Shown: in pieces, positions 38,440 to 49,077 of the stretch | Layout: every line of letters begins with the position of its first letter | Numbering within the stretch: position 1 is the stretch's first letter | From: Verrucomicrobiales bacterium | GTDB taxonomy: Bacteria; Verrucomicrobiota; Verrucomicrobiia; Verrucomicrobiales; V1-33 | Direction of reading: 5' to 3' | NCBI GenBank assembly: GCA_031411295.1 | Contig: JANOAV010000077.1 | Location: 1-64,000, forward strand | DNA: 64,000 nt | Translations under genes and position numbers: made by a program | The notes under the pieces: generated by a model | Told to the model about the DNA's origin: nothing | The model's database searches: none | The model's input: only the letters and a program-made list of their open reading frames with translations

Positions 38440-39117
38440 ATGAAACTTTACCTTAATCCTCGAACGCTGCGCCACCGCGGTTTCAGCTTGATTGAACTGC
38501 TCGTCGTCATCAGCGTGATCTCCCTTTTGATGGTGCTGTCAGCCCCCAGTATGTCAGCGGCCTTCAAAGGTTCCAAGTTGACCCAGGGCGGGGAAGCCTT
38601 GCGCAATTTGATCACCCAAGCCCGCCAAATGGCAGTAAAGAACAACGCCCCGGTCGAAGTTCGTATCTTTAAATACGACGACGTCGAAACCCCAGAGACC
38701 ACCATGCACTACATGGCTGCCCGGTTGTATCTGATGAAGCTCGATCTGTCCACCAATTCGGATCCGTTGACGTCAAAGCTGAAAGAGGAACCAACGGGAA
38801 ACTTGCTTAAACTCCCTGCCGGGATCATTATCAGCGATGATGTGGCCCAATCCAGCTTGGTCAACCCCTCCCGTGTGCTCAAAGGACAGGCCACTGTTAA
38901 AGGCTTGGACCCGGATGTGAAGGAGACTTCCGCTGATTATGTGGGATTTCAAATCCGCCCGGATGGTTCTCTCAACCTTGCCACCAATCAACGCTGGTTC
39001 CTGACGCTTTACAATCGTGAGGAGATCATCAAAGGGCAGCAAACCACTCCCTCGGACTACGTTTGCCTCCAGGTGAACCCTTACACCTGCGATGTCCGTT
39101 GGTATCATCCCAACTAA
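38440..39117 (+). CDS. Verru_Chthon cassette protein D (prepilin-like)
   Basis: GFSLIELLVVI, ARQMA..N.PVEVR, FQIRPDGS, WFLTL, LQVNP.T. Confidence 0.88.
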   Translation: MKLYLNPRTLRHRGFSLIELLVVISVISLLMVLSAPSMSAAFKGSKLTQGGEALRNLITQARQMAVKNNAPVEVRIFKYDDVETPETTMHYMAARLYLMKLDLSTNSDPLTSKLKEEPTGNLLKLPAGIIISDDVAQSSLVNPSRVLKGQATVKGLDPDVKETSADYVGFQIRPDGSLNLATNQRWFLTLYNREEIIKGQQTTPSDYVCLQVNPYTCDVRWYHPN

Positions 39118-39194
39118 GTTCAGCTCGGCTAATTGCCTCCTTGCGTAACGCTGCGGCCTTGGCAAGCATGGGTTCCTTTTCTTTGCTTTGACCC

Positions 39195-39512
39195 ATGCCC
39201 ATACTCTACTGCCGCTGTGCCTACGCACAAGTAATCCCCGATGAAACCAAGGACGCAGTCCTCTCCCAGCTCTGCGCCGGAGGTCAGCAATTTACTGCCG
39301 TGGCCGACCTGTGTGAAATGTCCGCCCGCCGGGATCCTCGGCTGGCAGAATTGGCTAGTGCCTCCGGTTGGAAGATCGCGGCATGTCACCCGCGGGCGGT
39401 AAAGTGGCTTTTCCATGCCGCCGATGCCCCCTTATCGGAAGATGCGGAAATCGTCAACCTGCGCGAACTCTCTGCTGCCGAAGCGATGGCCAAACTAACC
39501 TCTGAAAGCTAA
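39195..39512 (+). CDS. Small Cys-motif protein, probable Fe-S partner
   Basis: YCRC, DLC, IAACHPRAVKWLF, VNLR. Its stop abuts the ferredoxin start. Confidence 0.7.
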   Translation: MPILYCRCAYAQVIPDETKDAVLSQLCAGGQQFTAVADLCEMSARRDPRLAELASASGWKIAACHPRAVKWLFHAADAPLSEDAEIVNLRELSAAEAMAKLTSES

Positions 39513-40349
39513 ATGATTCACGACGCCACCACCTTTCAAGTCCTGCTCTATGAAGGCCCGGGAGCCCAGTTGCTCCCCGCCGAGCGCAAAGCCGCACTCT
39601 GCCGGGCGCTCCTGGATCAAGGCTATGGCATCGCCACCATGGGAGCCAACGCCCTTCTGGCTGAAGGCGTTACGTTAGTCATCCTGGGTGATTTCGGCGG
39701 CCAACCCGCCCCTGCCTTTGGCGGCCTGCCAGCCCAGCGCGACATTCCGCATTTGGATCTGGCCCAAACCAGTCCCGACAACATGCTCAGTGCCTTGGAA
39801 CGCCTGCGGGGAGACCGCCCCATGAACCAGCCGGGACAGTGGAAACCTTGGTTTCCGGTGATTGACTACAGCCGCTGCACCAACTGCATGCAATGTCTGA
39901 GCTTCTGCCTGTTCGACGTCTATGGCGTCAGCAAAGAGGGCAAGATCCAGGTGCAAAATAACGACAATTGTAAAACGAACTGCCCGGCCTGTTCCCGGGT
40001 CTGCCCAGAAGTGGCGATCATGTTTCCCAAGTATGCCAGCGGCCCCATCAATGGCGAGCCAGTGAATGCCGCCGATCTGCAACGGGAGTCGATGAAAGTG
40101 GATATTTCCGCCCTGCTCGGAGGAGACATTTATGCGCGCCTGCGCGAACGCAGCGATGCCGCGAAATCCCGTTTCTCCAAGGAGCGGGACGCCAGCAAAG
40201 CCCTCGCAGAGCGCAAAAAGTGTCTCACCAAATTAGTCACGGACGGCTTCATCCCTGCCGATGTCCTTGCCAGTCTGCCTTCACCCGAAGAAATTTCCCG
40301 CCGGGCCGAAGCCGCCGCCGCCAAAGCCCAGGCCGCCCTGAACTCTTAG
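39513..40349 (+). CDS. 2x[4Fe-4S] ferredoxin-domain protein
   Basis: WFPVIDYSRCTNCMQCLSFC and CKTNCPACSRVCP. Confidence 0.88.
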   Translation: MIHDATTFQVLLYEGPGAQLLPAERKAALCRALLDQGYGIATMGANALLAEGVTLVILGDFGGQPAPAFGGLPAQRDIPHLDLAQTSPDNMLSALERLRGDRPMNQPGQWKPWFPVIDYSRCTNCMQCLSFCLFDVYGVSKEGKIQVQNNDNCKTNCPACSRVCPEVAIMFPKYASGPINGEPVNAADLQRESMKVDISALLGGDIYARLRERSDAAKSRFSKERDASKALAERKKCLTKLVTDGFIPADVLASLPSPEEISRRAEAAAAKAQAALNS

Positions 40350-40350
40350 T

Positions 40351-43348
40351 TTATTTGAAGACCTTCGACTGGGCATCGCCACCGCTCATGAGGTAAGCCA
40401 GCAGGTCCAGCACTTCTTCCGGATTCAGGTTATTCAACAACGCGGGCGGCATCGCGGAAATGGGGTAGCGACTCCGCTCCTTCACCGTATCACTAGGCAC
40501 GATGGTTACTTTACTGGCGTCGAGCGGATTTTCCACCACGCCGAGTTTGCCACCCTCATCCGAGACGATGCGTCCGACCAGAATGCTGCCGTCATTGCGT
40601 TCCACCAAGCTCGACTCGTATTGGTCGGAAATGGTCTTGCTGGGATCGACAATGTTTTCCACCAGATCCTTGAGCGAATAGCGATTGGCCGCCCCGGTAA
40701 TATCCGGGCCCACGCCGCCGCCTTCGCCTGCGAATTGGTGACAGGTGGAGCACAAGCCGACCTGGTAGAGCAATTTGCCATTTTCGAAATTTCGGCCATG
40801 TAATTTGCCGTCGGCCAGTTTCAAGACGTCTTCCAACGAGTAAGGTTGCCCTGGGCCTTTGGCACGGGGCAAGTCCTTGGTGGTGGCCAGCAGCTCTCCG
40901 TTGATGCTCTTCATTTCATCGCGCAGGGCCTCGGGGACATTGACCAGGGCTTCGTTGCGCATGTTGCGGATGAAGCCAGTAAAGCTGTTGCCACCCTTCC
41001 ATTTCTTGGTGCTGTTATACCACCGGAAGTAGGAACGACGCAGGTCATCCGTCCAGCCTTCCGTGGCATTGCGCAGGGCGAAGGCGTAAGAAATTTGCTG
41101 GCGGTTAGGACGGCTGTCGGAGACGGCTTTAAAGGCGGAAGCGTATCCACTGTTCAGCGAGAGCAGGTCATCCGTGGCGGAGTCCGCATGCACGTCATCC
41201 TTGGCGTTCATGATCAGTTGCAGGGTTTTAGGAACCACTTGCTTGGAGCCGAGGAAGACGAGGAGTTCACACAATTCCTTGTTTGGAGCATTCGATGGAG
41301 AGGGATACATCGGCTCGAAGCGGACCAGCATTTTACTGACCAGCTCCTGATCAGCGGGCTTGCCCATGCGGGTGAAACAGAGGGCATAGACGCGGAACAG
41401 ATCCAGCGCTTCCGGCTCCCGCAGGCCCAGATCATGCACGCGACCCAGCGCCTTGAGGATTTGGGGCTGGAGGGATTTATCCCCGCATCGGCAAAGGGCA
41501 CAGAGTGCGGTTAGGCTGGCGTTGGGATTTTCGTGCTCTTCCAGCGCGCGTTGCTGCCACGTGGCCACTGGTTGATGTTCGATCACGGTGCGGGCACTGA
41601 AGCGGAGGAAACGATCGTTATGCCCCAGCACCGCCCAGGCTTTATCCAGCACTTCTTTGCTGGGGGGGAGCCAGGATCAGCGCTTCCAACTCGTGGCGTA
41701 ATTTCGCTTCTTTGGTCATCGTGGCAGGTCCCACTGGAGCCGTGGACTCAGGCCCGGTGTAGGTGACACGGAACAACGCAGATTGGGTCTTGCGGCCGCC
41801 GACCGTAAAATACATCGCGCCATCGGGATGAATCACCGCATCTGTGAGCGGCAGCGGTTTGCCCGTGATGAACGATTCCTTTTCCCCGTCGAAGCTGGCT
41901 CCGTTTGGGGTTAGATGAATGGCATACATGGTGCCGTAGGTCCAATCCAGCGCAAAACAGGCGCGTTGATATTTGGCAGGAAATTTTGCTCCGGTGCCAA
42001 AGACCACCCCCGTGGGACTGCCGGGACCAATATTGACGGCTGCGGGCAGACTGTCGATATAGTAAGCGGGCCACTTGCCAGTGCCGGAACGCCAACCGGA
42101 TTCATTGCCTGCAATGGCATGGTTGATGCGGGTGGGGCGATACCACGGCATGCCGATGTCCCATTCCATGTCGGCATCATACGTGAAGGCCTCGCCCGTC
42201 GGGCTGAAAGCCACGTCATACTCGTTGCGGAAGCCAGCGGCAAAAAGCGTCCACGTCTTGCCCTCGAAGTCGGTTTGGCAAATCCAACCACCTGGGGCCA
42301 GGATTCCTTTGGCATGGCCGTTGGCGTCCCAATCCCGCGGCAGGAGGTGATCTTCACCATACATGGGAGACACCAGACTCCGTTCTGGATTGGGGATCTT
42401 GGTGTGATTGCCTCCCGTCACGTAGAGGGATTTACCATCGGGTGCCAGCACCACTTGGTGCGGCCCGTGTTCACCTCCACCGTCGATTTTTCGGAGCAAC
42501 GTTTCCTCGTCGAACTGGTCATCACCATTGGTATCGCGCAGGCGATAGAGCCCCGGGTTCGGGCCATTAACCACGACATAAAGCGCGTTGTTGGCGTAGA
42601 GCAGGCCTTGCGCGTGGGTGAGTTTGACCGCTAACTCTTCGACTTTTGGCTCGGACTTGGTCAGCGTGATGCGATAGATTTTTCCATCCTGATCCCCCGC
42701 CAGGAAGCGTCCCTTGTGATCCACGGCCAAGCAGACCCAGGAGCCTTGATTGCTCTTGGGCACGGTGTAAATGAGATCTACTTTGAATCCGGCCGGAGCC
42801 GTGATGGTATCTTCGGCCAAGCCCCCTTTTTTGCCTCCGTCCAAAGCTTGCCCCCACGGCCCGGAACCGTATTTGCCCATGGAAGCAACAGGTTGCCAAC
42901 TGGTCGTGTCCGTATTGGGCTGATCCCAGCCTTGACCCGTCGGGGAGAATTTCCACTGCCCATTGGTAACCAGCACCGGCGGGGCTTTGGGCGCTCCGAT
43001 ATCCATCACGAAGGCCGCGATGTTGCCAGCATCATTGGTCGCCTTCACGGCCACCCAGTTCTTGCCCGCTTGGAGAAATCCCTTGTCCGCAGCGACCACG
43101 GGCTCATTCCAATCGTTGGTTTCACCAACCGGCTTGCCATTAATCACCACGGTGGCTCCATTATCGCAAGTAAAGCGGATCTGGGCCTTCTCCGGCACCT
43201 GCGCCAACGTGAATTCGGTTCGGAAATAGGTCACTTCATTCGCTTTGGCGACTTTGTGGGACCAGATCCATTCTTTGGCAGCAGGATCTTGCGCCCAGCC
43301 GAGCGAGGACAGACAGGTAATGGCGATTAGGAAAATAGAGCATCTCAT
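40351..43348 (-). pseudogene. PVC-type membrane-bound dehydrogenase / heme-binding CxxCH protein, split by a 1-nt frameshift
   Basis: N part: signal, sugar-binding domain, GEHGPH, GFRNEYD, DADMEWD, GSPTG. C part: HEAT-like helices, CSTCH, GPDITG, SAMP. Removing one base from G7 at 41662..41668 fuses the frames (LAPPSKEVLDKAW). Confidence 0.85.
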
Positions 43349-43442
43349 GGCCGCCCATCCTACGGAGCATCGGTGGCTCGTCACGCAGAAATCCTACGGA
43401 TTAACGGGGCCATACCGCTGCGTTAAAGTAAAATCGACAGCG

Positions 43443-43471
43443 TTGACAGGCCTAGGATTTCTCCCTATGCT
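43443..43471 (+). promoter_or_regulatory. sigma70-like promoter
   Basis: TTGACA-17-TATGCT upstream of 43539. Confidence 0.65.
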
Positions 43472-43538
43472 GCGGAAATAATTATTTTCGGGATTTCTGC
43501 GTTTCGCGTGGTCATACCTGCAACTCCCAATTTTATCA

Positions 43539-44639
43539 ATGGAACCCACACCTGCAAAAGCATCGGCTGGGGCAACGTTTTACGTTGCCTGTGGCGTGCT
43601 TGCGGCCGTGGCCTTGGGACAGTTGGGGGTGGCGGCTTGGGGATGGCAGGCTCGGAAACTGGCGAGGGAGAATCCCGTGCCCGTGAAATTGGTGCCGGCA
43701 GTGCAAACCATGCCCAAACCAATCGTGGCCGCCGTTCCTGCGGCGGAAATTCCCGCCGCACCCACCAAAGCCCTGCCCTCCGCCCCGCCGATCCGGATCG
43801 TGGACCCCAAGCCCAAATCCTTGCCGGCCACGTTGGACACGCCGATCACGGATGCCGCGGTTTTGGAGAATCTTGCCATCGGGTTGGAAACGCGTGGCAA
43901 AGGTGACATGCAAAGCGCGCTCCAAGCCTTCCGGGCTGCTTGGCAAGCCCAGCCAGACCATCCCAAACTCATTTACCAACTCGCCCGCACCCTTGACCTG
44001 ATGGGCCTGGAGGCCAAGGCCCAGCCGCATTGGAATACCTTGGTAACGCTGGGGCATGCCGCCGGGGACTATTTCGACTTGGCGGAAATTCGCATCAAGG
44101 GCAAAGGCAGAGTCAGCGCCAGCCCGGCCGAACTTGAAGAGCGGGAGGAGCGCCTGCGCATCGTCGATATCAAGGTGGAAAAGCCACCGGGTTTCTACGG
44201 AGGCGAAAAGCGCCTCGTTAGCTTCACGATCAAGAAGCGCGATCCCGCTGATAAGATCGACAGCGCAGACATTGGCTTGGGTATCCACTTTTTCGATGTG
44301 GTTAACGGGCGGAAAATTGATCGGACCACAGCCAATAAACCGACCCCCACCATCATCTCCACCACTGCGGACTGGGAGGAACGTGGCTTGGAACGATTGG
44401 AAGTGCTCTACGATCAACCGGAAATGACCCCGGTGGACATCGTGCATTACGGACAGCGCAAATATTGGGGCTATGCCCTGGAGATCTCCCTGCGCGATCC
44501 CGCCAAACCCAATGTTCCGGACAGCCTCCAAGATTTACAGGCCGATCCCCCCGAACTCGCGAATTTTGTGCGAGAGATGCCAGAAGTTCCGCCCGTAGTG
44601 ATCGATAACGCGCCAGATCCCTCGCTTTTTCCGAAATAG
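43539..44639 (+). CDS. Membrane-anchored protein with Pro-rich linker and TPR-like helices
   Basis: N-terminal TM, P/A-rich stalk, GDMQSALQAFRAA...PDHP..YQLA TPR-like unit. Confidence 0.7.
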   Translation: MEPTPAKASAGATFYVACGVLAAVALGQLGVAAWGWQARKLARENPVPVKLVPAVQTMPKPIVAAVPAAEIPAAPTKALPSAPPIRIVDPKPKSLPATLDTPITDAAVLENLAIGLETRGKGDMQSALQAFRAAWQAQPDHPKLIYQLARTLDLMGLEAKAQPHWNTLVTLGHAAGDYFDLAEIRIKGKGRVSASPAELEEREERLRIVDIKVEKPPGFYGGEKRLVSFTIKKRDPADKIDSADIGLGIHFFDVVNGRKIDRTTANKPTPTIISTTADWEERGLERLEVLYDQPEMTPVDIVHYGQRKYWGYALEISLRDPAKPNVPDSLQDLQADPPELANFVREMPEVPPVVIDNAPDPSLFPK

Positions 44640-44695
44640 CGTTCCTGCGTCCGCGCCTCCTCTCCCCACCCAAACCCTTCCACTAACCTGATCTC

Positions 44696-46651
44696 ATGGT
44701 TATTCTCATCGCCACTGAAGACGTCCCGACCCTAGATGGGTTGGAGCGCTTCTTGGCGCGGCACACCCACCACACCATCCTCACTGCCAAGTCCGTCGAA
44801 GCGGTTGAAGACGCGGGCACCGAGGCGGAGGCCATGGATGTGCTGCTCTGTGCCCGCCATTTTTCCACCACGGATGGGCAGGCGGTGCAGGAGGCCATGC
44901 AAGCAAAATTTCCCTGCCTCTATGCGGGATTTTTCACCGACCTGGACTTGGATGCATCCCTGCAACTGGGTCCGCACGACCGTTGTTTCGGCCCCAGCTC
45001 CAGCCATTATGAAATCCTCAATTGGATCCACGAACTGGAGAAACTTCCCCCACCAGTGGCCCCGCAAACGCATCCCATCACCCTGCCGGACACCCTGCTC
45101 AATCACACCATCGGGGACTACAAGATCATCGCCAAGCGCAGCACCTTCGAACGTTCCGAAAGTTATCAAGCCCTGCAAATCTCCATGCATCGGCTCGTCG
45201 TGTTGGAACGCCTGAAAGCCGAATACCAACACGATGTGAACGCCAAAAGGACTTTCCGCGCGCTGGTCAGATCCCAAGCCAATGTGGCCCACCCTTCGAT
45301 CGCCACAGTGTTCGAAGCCCAGGAAACTGAGGCTGGGGAGATTTTCTATACCCGGGAATTCGTTAAAGGGAAATCCCTGCCTGAACTGGCGGCCGCCAAA
45401 ATAAAATTGCCCCAGCGCGATCTCCTGGCGCTGCTCCGGGCCGCAGGTGAAGCCATGGTGTTCTATGCCAACCGGGAAATCCCCCACTACCGACTCCGCC
45501 CGCAGCACTTATTTCAGGGCGACGACGGTCTGCCCCGGTTGGCCAATTTAGCCACCATCCCGGCCGACGCACGGACGGACAGCTCAGAGGATTTCATAAA
45601 CTTGGCCGCAGCCATCGAAGCCATCAGCGGGCGCAGCGCGCAGGAGGGGGAGGTGGCCATGATCCTGAAGCAAATGCGCGGACAGGCAGATCCACCATTG
45701 CAGACCTGGCCAAAACTGGTGCTGGCCACCACCAACGCCCTGCAGCGTCTGGCCGAAATCAGTGCCGCCCAAGCCCCGAAACGGAGCCGCATGACCGGTA
45801 AATTACGCCGACCCAAACGCAAAAAATTACCCTATATCATTGGCGGTGGAGCCTGCGCCCTGGCAACCGTGGCCGCCCTGCTTTATCCAGGTCCCACCCC
45901 CGAAATCCGCCCACCAGAAGCGTTCGTGCATATTCCCGCCGGACCGGGATGGTTCGGTTCCACTAACGTGGCGATTAAGGAATTCTGGATTAGCAAATAC
46001 GAGGTCACCATCGCGCAATACGCCGAGTTTCTCGCGGCCGCCCCAGCCTTGGACTCCGCCTTGGATCATGCCGAACAGCCCAAGGGCAAAACGACCCACA
46101 AACCGCTCAACTGGGATGAGTATTTCCCTGCCGCCAAAACTGGCGGCACCTTCAAAGGTCACAAAATCACCCTGAACTGCCCCGTCCTGTGGGCCGACTG
46201 GTGGGACGCCTACGCCTATGCCAAATGGCGCGGACACCGACTCCCTAACGAGCAGGAATGGGAACGCGCGGCCCGCGGCCCCAAGGGCTTCAGCTATCCC
46301 TGGGGAAACGATGCTGCCCCCAGCAAAGCCAATACGGGTGATGACTTCAGCGCCACCCCCGCAGGCGGCGGTCAGACGGATGGATTTTGCTCGTGGTGCG
46401 AAGTGGACGCCAAGCCGGAGGACGTGACCCCCGAGGGCGCGGGCGGCTTGGGCGGGAACGTGGCCGAATGGACCACTTCCTGGTCCCAACATCCCGACTT
46501 CCCAGACCAGCAATCCCCCGTTTACCGGGGCGGCTCTTTCAGTCAGCGCTCAGCCCCCGTGGCTGACCAGCGCTGGACCGCTAAAACTTTGGACCTCGCG
46601 CAGCCCTTCATCGGCTTCCGCACTGTCAGTGACCACCCAACCTCACCCTAA
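44696..46651 (+). CDS. Degenerate receiver-like, pseudokinase, TM and FGE-sulfatase (SUMF1) domain protein
   Basis: Kinase-like IGDYKII, HPSIATVFEA, YTREFVKG.SL with catalytic motifs altered. C-terminal ISKYEVT..QY, WWDAYAYAKW, RLPNEQEWE.AARG, GNVAEW, IGFR. Confidence 0.8.
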   Translation: MVILIATEDVPTLDGLERFLARHTHHTILTAKSVEAVEDAGTEAEAMDVLLCARHFSTTDGQAVQEAMQAKFPCLYAGFFTDLDLDASLQLGPHDRCFGPSSSHYEILNWIHELEKLPPPVAPQTHPITLPDTLLNHTIGDYKIIAKRSTFERSESYQALQISMHRLVVLERLKAEYQHDVNAKRTFRALVRSQANVAHPSIATVFEAQETEAGEIFYTREFVKGKSLPELAAAKIKLPQRDLLALLRAAGEAMVFYANREIPHYRLRPQHLFQGDDGLPRLANLATIPADARTDSSEDFINLAAAIEAISGRSAQEGEVAMILKQMRGQADPPLQTWPKLVLATTNALQRLAEISAAQAPKRSRMTGKLRRPKRKKLPYIIGGGACALATVAALLYPGPTPEIRPPEAFVHIPAGPGWFGSTNVAIKEFWISKYEVTIAQYAEFLAAAPALDSALDHAEQPKGKTTHKPLNWDEYFPAAKTGGTFKGHKITLNCPVLWADWWDAYAYAKWRGHRLPNEQEWERAARGPKGFSYPWGNDAAPSKANTGDDFSATPAGGGQTDGFCSWCEVDAKPEDVTPEGAGGLGGNVAEWTTSWSQHPDFPDQQSPVYRGGSFSQRSAPVADQRWTAKTLDLAQPFIGFRTVSDHPTSP

Positions 46652-46669
46652 CTTAATCCGCCTGTCACC

Positions 46670-47575
46670 ATGAAATCCCTGCTCCTCTTGATTTTCCTGA
46701 GCTGCCTCCAGCCTTTGGTCGCGCAACTCAATCTTACCATCGAAATGGAACGCACCAATTTCGTCTCCCATGAAGCAGTCAATGCCCTCGTCAAAATTCA
46801 GAATCTGGCTGGCAAAGACATCGCCTTGGGAGGTCCTTCTGGTCAAAGCTGGCTGCAATTCAACCTCCAGCGCGCTGATGGTGGAAACGTGCTCGCCACC
46901 GATGGTGACCCCAAAGTAGAACCCACCATGCTCAAAGCCGGGGCCACCATAACCAAAAAAATCAATCTGGCGCGTTTTTACCCCCTGGATGAACCCGCCT
47001 CCTACTTGGTCAGTTGCACCGCTTACTTTTCGGACCTGCAACGCTGGATCGGTTCCAGCAACAAAGCCTTGGTGCGAGTCAATAGCGCGCGAGCCCCGTT
47101 CTATGAACGGACCGTGGGCGTGCCCGTGACCCATCCCCAAGCAGGGCGTTACCGTCGCTATCGTCTCTTCACCAGCAAATCCACCATGAAGTCGGCCGCC
47201 ACCGGGCTGAATCAGGAGGTGCAACTGCTCTACGTCGGTATCACCGATGAAGAAACCGAAGAAAACATCGCCACCTACCCACTCGGTCCGATTTTAACGT
47301 ATCGCGACCCGCAACCGACCACGGATCGGGCCGGCAATCTCTCCGTGCTCTATATGGCCAGCCCGCAACTCTATCAATACGTCATGTTGGATGTGGACGG
47401 AGCGGTCAAGGAGCAACAGACCTATAAAACCAGTGGAGCAACTCCAGAACTCGTGCAGTCCAACACCGGAAACGTCCGCGTGCGGGGCGGGGTCATTTTC
47501 GATGCCATCAACGAAGAGACCAAAGCCAGGGAAGAGAAGAACAAAATCCGCGGTCTCAACGAACGTCCCCAGTGA
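46670..47575 (+). CDS. Secreted hypothetical protein
   Basis: 301-aa ORF with signal peptide, operonic spacing, beta-rich. Confidence 0.7.
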   Translation: MKSLLLLIFLSCLQPLVAQLNLTIEMERTNFVSHEAVNALVKIQNLAGKDIALGGPSGQSWLQFNLQRADGGNVLATDGDPKVEPTMLKAGATITKKINLARFYPLDEPASYLVSCTAYFSDLQRWIGSSNKALVRVNSARAPFYERTVGVPVTHPQAGRYRRYRLFTSKSTMKSAATGLNQEVQLLYVGITDEETEENIATYPLGPILTYRDPQPTTDRAGNLSVLYMASPQLYQYVMLDVDGAVKEQQTYKTSGATPELVQSNTGNVRVRGGVIFDAINEETKAREEKNKIRGLNERPQ

Positions 47576-47584
47576 GCTTGATGG

Positions 47585-49054
47585 CTACTCGACGGAAACC
47601 ACCGTGGATCCTTCCGGGCTGCGGAAACCGGACTTGATAAACCGGGTGATTTCGATGAGGCGATTTTTGGCGGAGGTGGGTCGTGGCCGCACCTCGATCA
47701 TCACGCGTTTCAGATGCTGCCGATTGTGGGGGCCCAGCACCGCCAGCACCTCAACCGCGGCGGCGGAATCACGCAGGAGATAACCGTTTCCCAACGAGGC
47801 TCCCGTATTGGGATCCTGTAGATAGAGGCTGATGTATGCGCTGTGATCGCTGAATTCGTGATTGTAGTAGTCATCCAGGCAGGCGCATACTCGTTGCAGA
47901 TAAACCGTATTTGGATCCGCTGTGGCTAACATTTTCGGCCACGCCACCGGGACATAGGCCACACTGGACTCCCATTCAATTTTTGGGCCCTCCGGCAGGA
48001 ACTCGACGATGAAATGGTGCTGTAATCCGTCCGGCATTTCCACTTCGACCATGTTATGACGGTGCTTTAACTGCTCGGTGTTGTAGTAATAGGTGGGAGC
48101 CGAGGCGATGACACTAACAGGAGGAAGCGGATGCCCCAGTCGCTCACTTGGGTAGTATTGCTCCAGCAATTTCCCCACGCGAATGGGATCGCGCACGAAA
48201 CGGGCCCTGGTTTGCCAATTATCCGCTACGAGGAAGGCAGTTACGAGCTTCTCCGCGTCGGCTACGGGGTCGAACACGTCCTGCTGGAGCTTGGTCTCGA
48301 GCGTGATCGTCTGCGGCCCGTGATTTATGGGAGCCACGGCTCCACGGAAACGTGTTAGTTGAAACCCACCCAACGCCACGATGGCCACGGCCACTCCCAA
48401 CAGCAACTGATGCATTTTCGGCCAGGGCATGCCGAGAAGCCTGCGCTGCGGCCGGGGGGACGAGCTAAAATGCTCTGGGTGCAACAAGGATTCAACTGAG
48501 CGCTCGTAGTTGTGAGCCTGCCCCAGCGTATGCAACTGCGGTGCCCGAATGGCCGACGAGCATTGGGGGCAGCGCGCCTTCTGCCCCGCTTGGAGTAAGG
48601 GCAGGGAAATGGAATGATGGCAGGCAGGGCAGGTAAAGGAGATCTGACTGTGATCCGCCCGGGTGGGACGCGCCTCCAACGGCCGCGCCAGTGACGCTGC
48701 TTGGGTTGGCCGCAAACGATGCCTCCAGCGCGCTGGCTGGCTGCGCGCTGACCCACTTGGTGATTCTGGCATCTCGATCGGACCGGACGACGACGAGAAG
48801 GTCTGGCTGCCGCCGGACGCCGCCCCCCAAGCACTGCCTTCACTGGGAGCGATCAAACGAACATCCGAAACCACTGGGGTCGCAGCTTGGGGCCTCATTT
48901 TCGGCTGGCGTGGAGCAGGCAAGACAACGGCAGGAGTTGAGGCGCCAACTTTCGTGGATACATCCGCCGCAGGGGTGCCCGCCTTCAGTTCATCCTGGAT
49001 CGCCTCAATCTTAGGCGGAGGTCTGAGGGGTTTTTCCTGCTTGGTGGGCTTCAT
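47585..49054 (-). CDS. Zn-ribbon, single-TM hypothetical protein
   Basis: Disordered N-terminus, FTCPAC...RCPQC, TM helix, periplasmic domain with KIEWESSV.Y and DDYYN.EF. Confidence 0.7.
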   Translation of the reverse strand: MKPTKQEKPLRPPPKIEAIQDELKAGTPAADVSTKVGASTPAVVLPAPRQPKMRPQAATPVVSDVRLIAPSEGSAWGAASGGSQTFSSSSGPIEMPESPSGSARSQPARWRHRLRPTQAASLARPLEARPTRADHSQISFTCPACHHSISLPLLQAGQKARCPQCSSAIRAPQLHTLGQAHNYERSVESLLHPEHFSSSPRPQRRLLGMPWPKMHQLLLGVAVAIVALGGFQLTRFRGAVAPINHGPQTITLETKLQQDVFDPVADAEKLVTAFLVADNWQTRARFVRDPIRVGKLLEQYYPSERLGHPLPPVSVIASAPTYYYNTEQLKHRHNMVEVEMPDGLQHHFIVEFLPEGPKIEWESSVAYVPVAWPKMLATADPNTVYLQRVCACLDDYYNHEFSDHSAYISLYLQDPNTGASLGNGYLLRDSAAAVEVLAVLGPHNRQHLKRVMIEVRPRPTSAKNRLIEITRFIKSGFRSPEGSTVVSVE

Positions 49055-49077
49055 GCGAGGCTCAGGAAGACCGGTTA

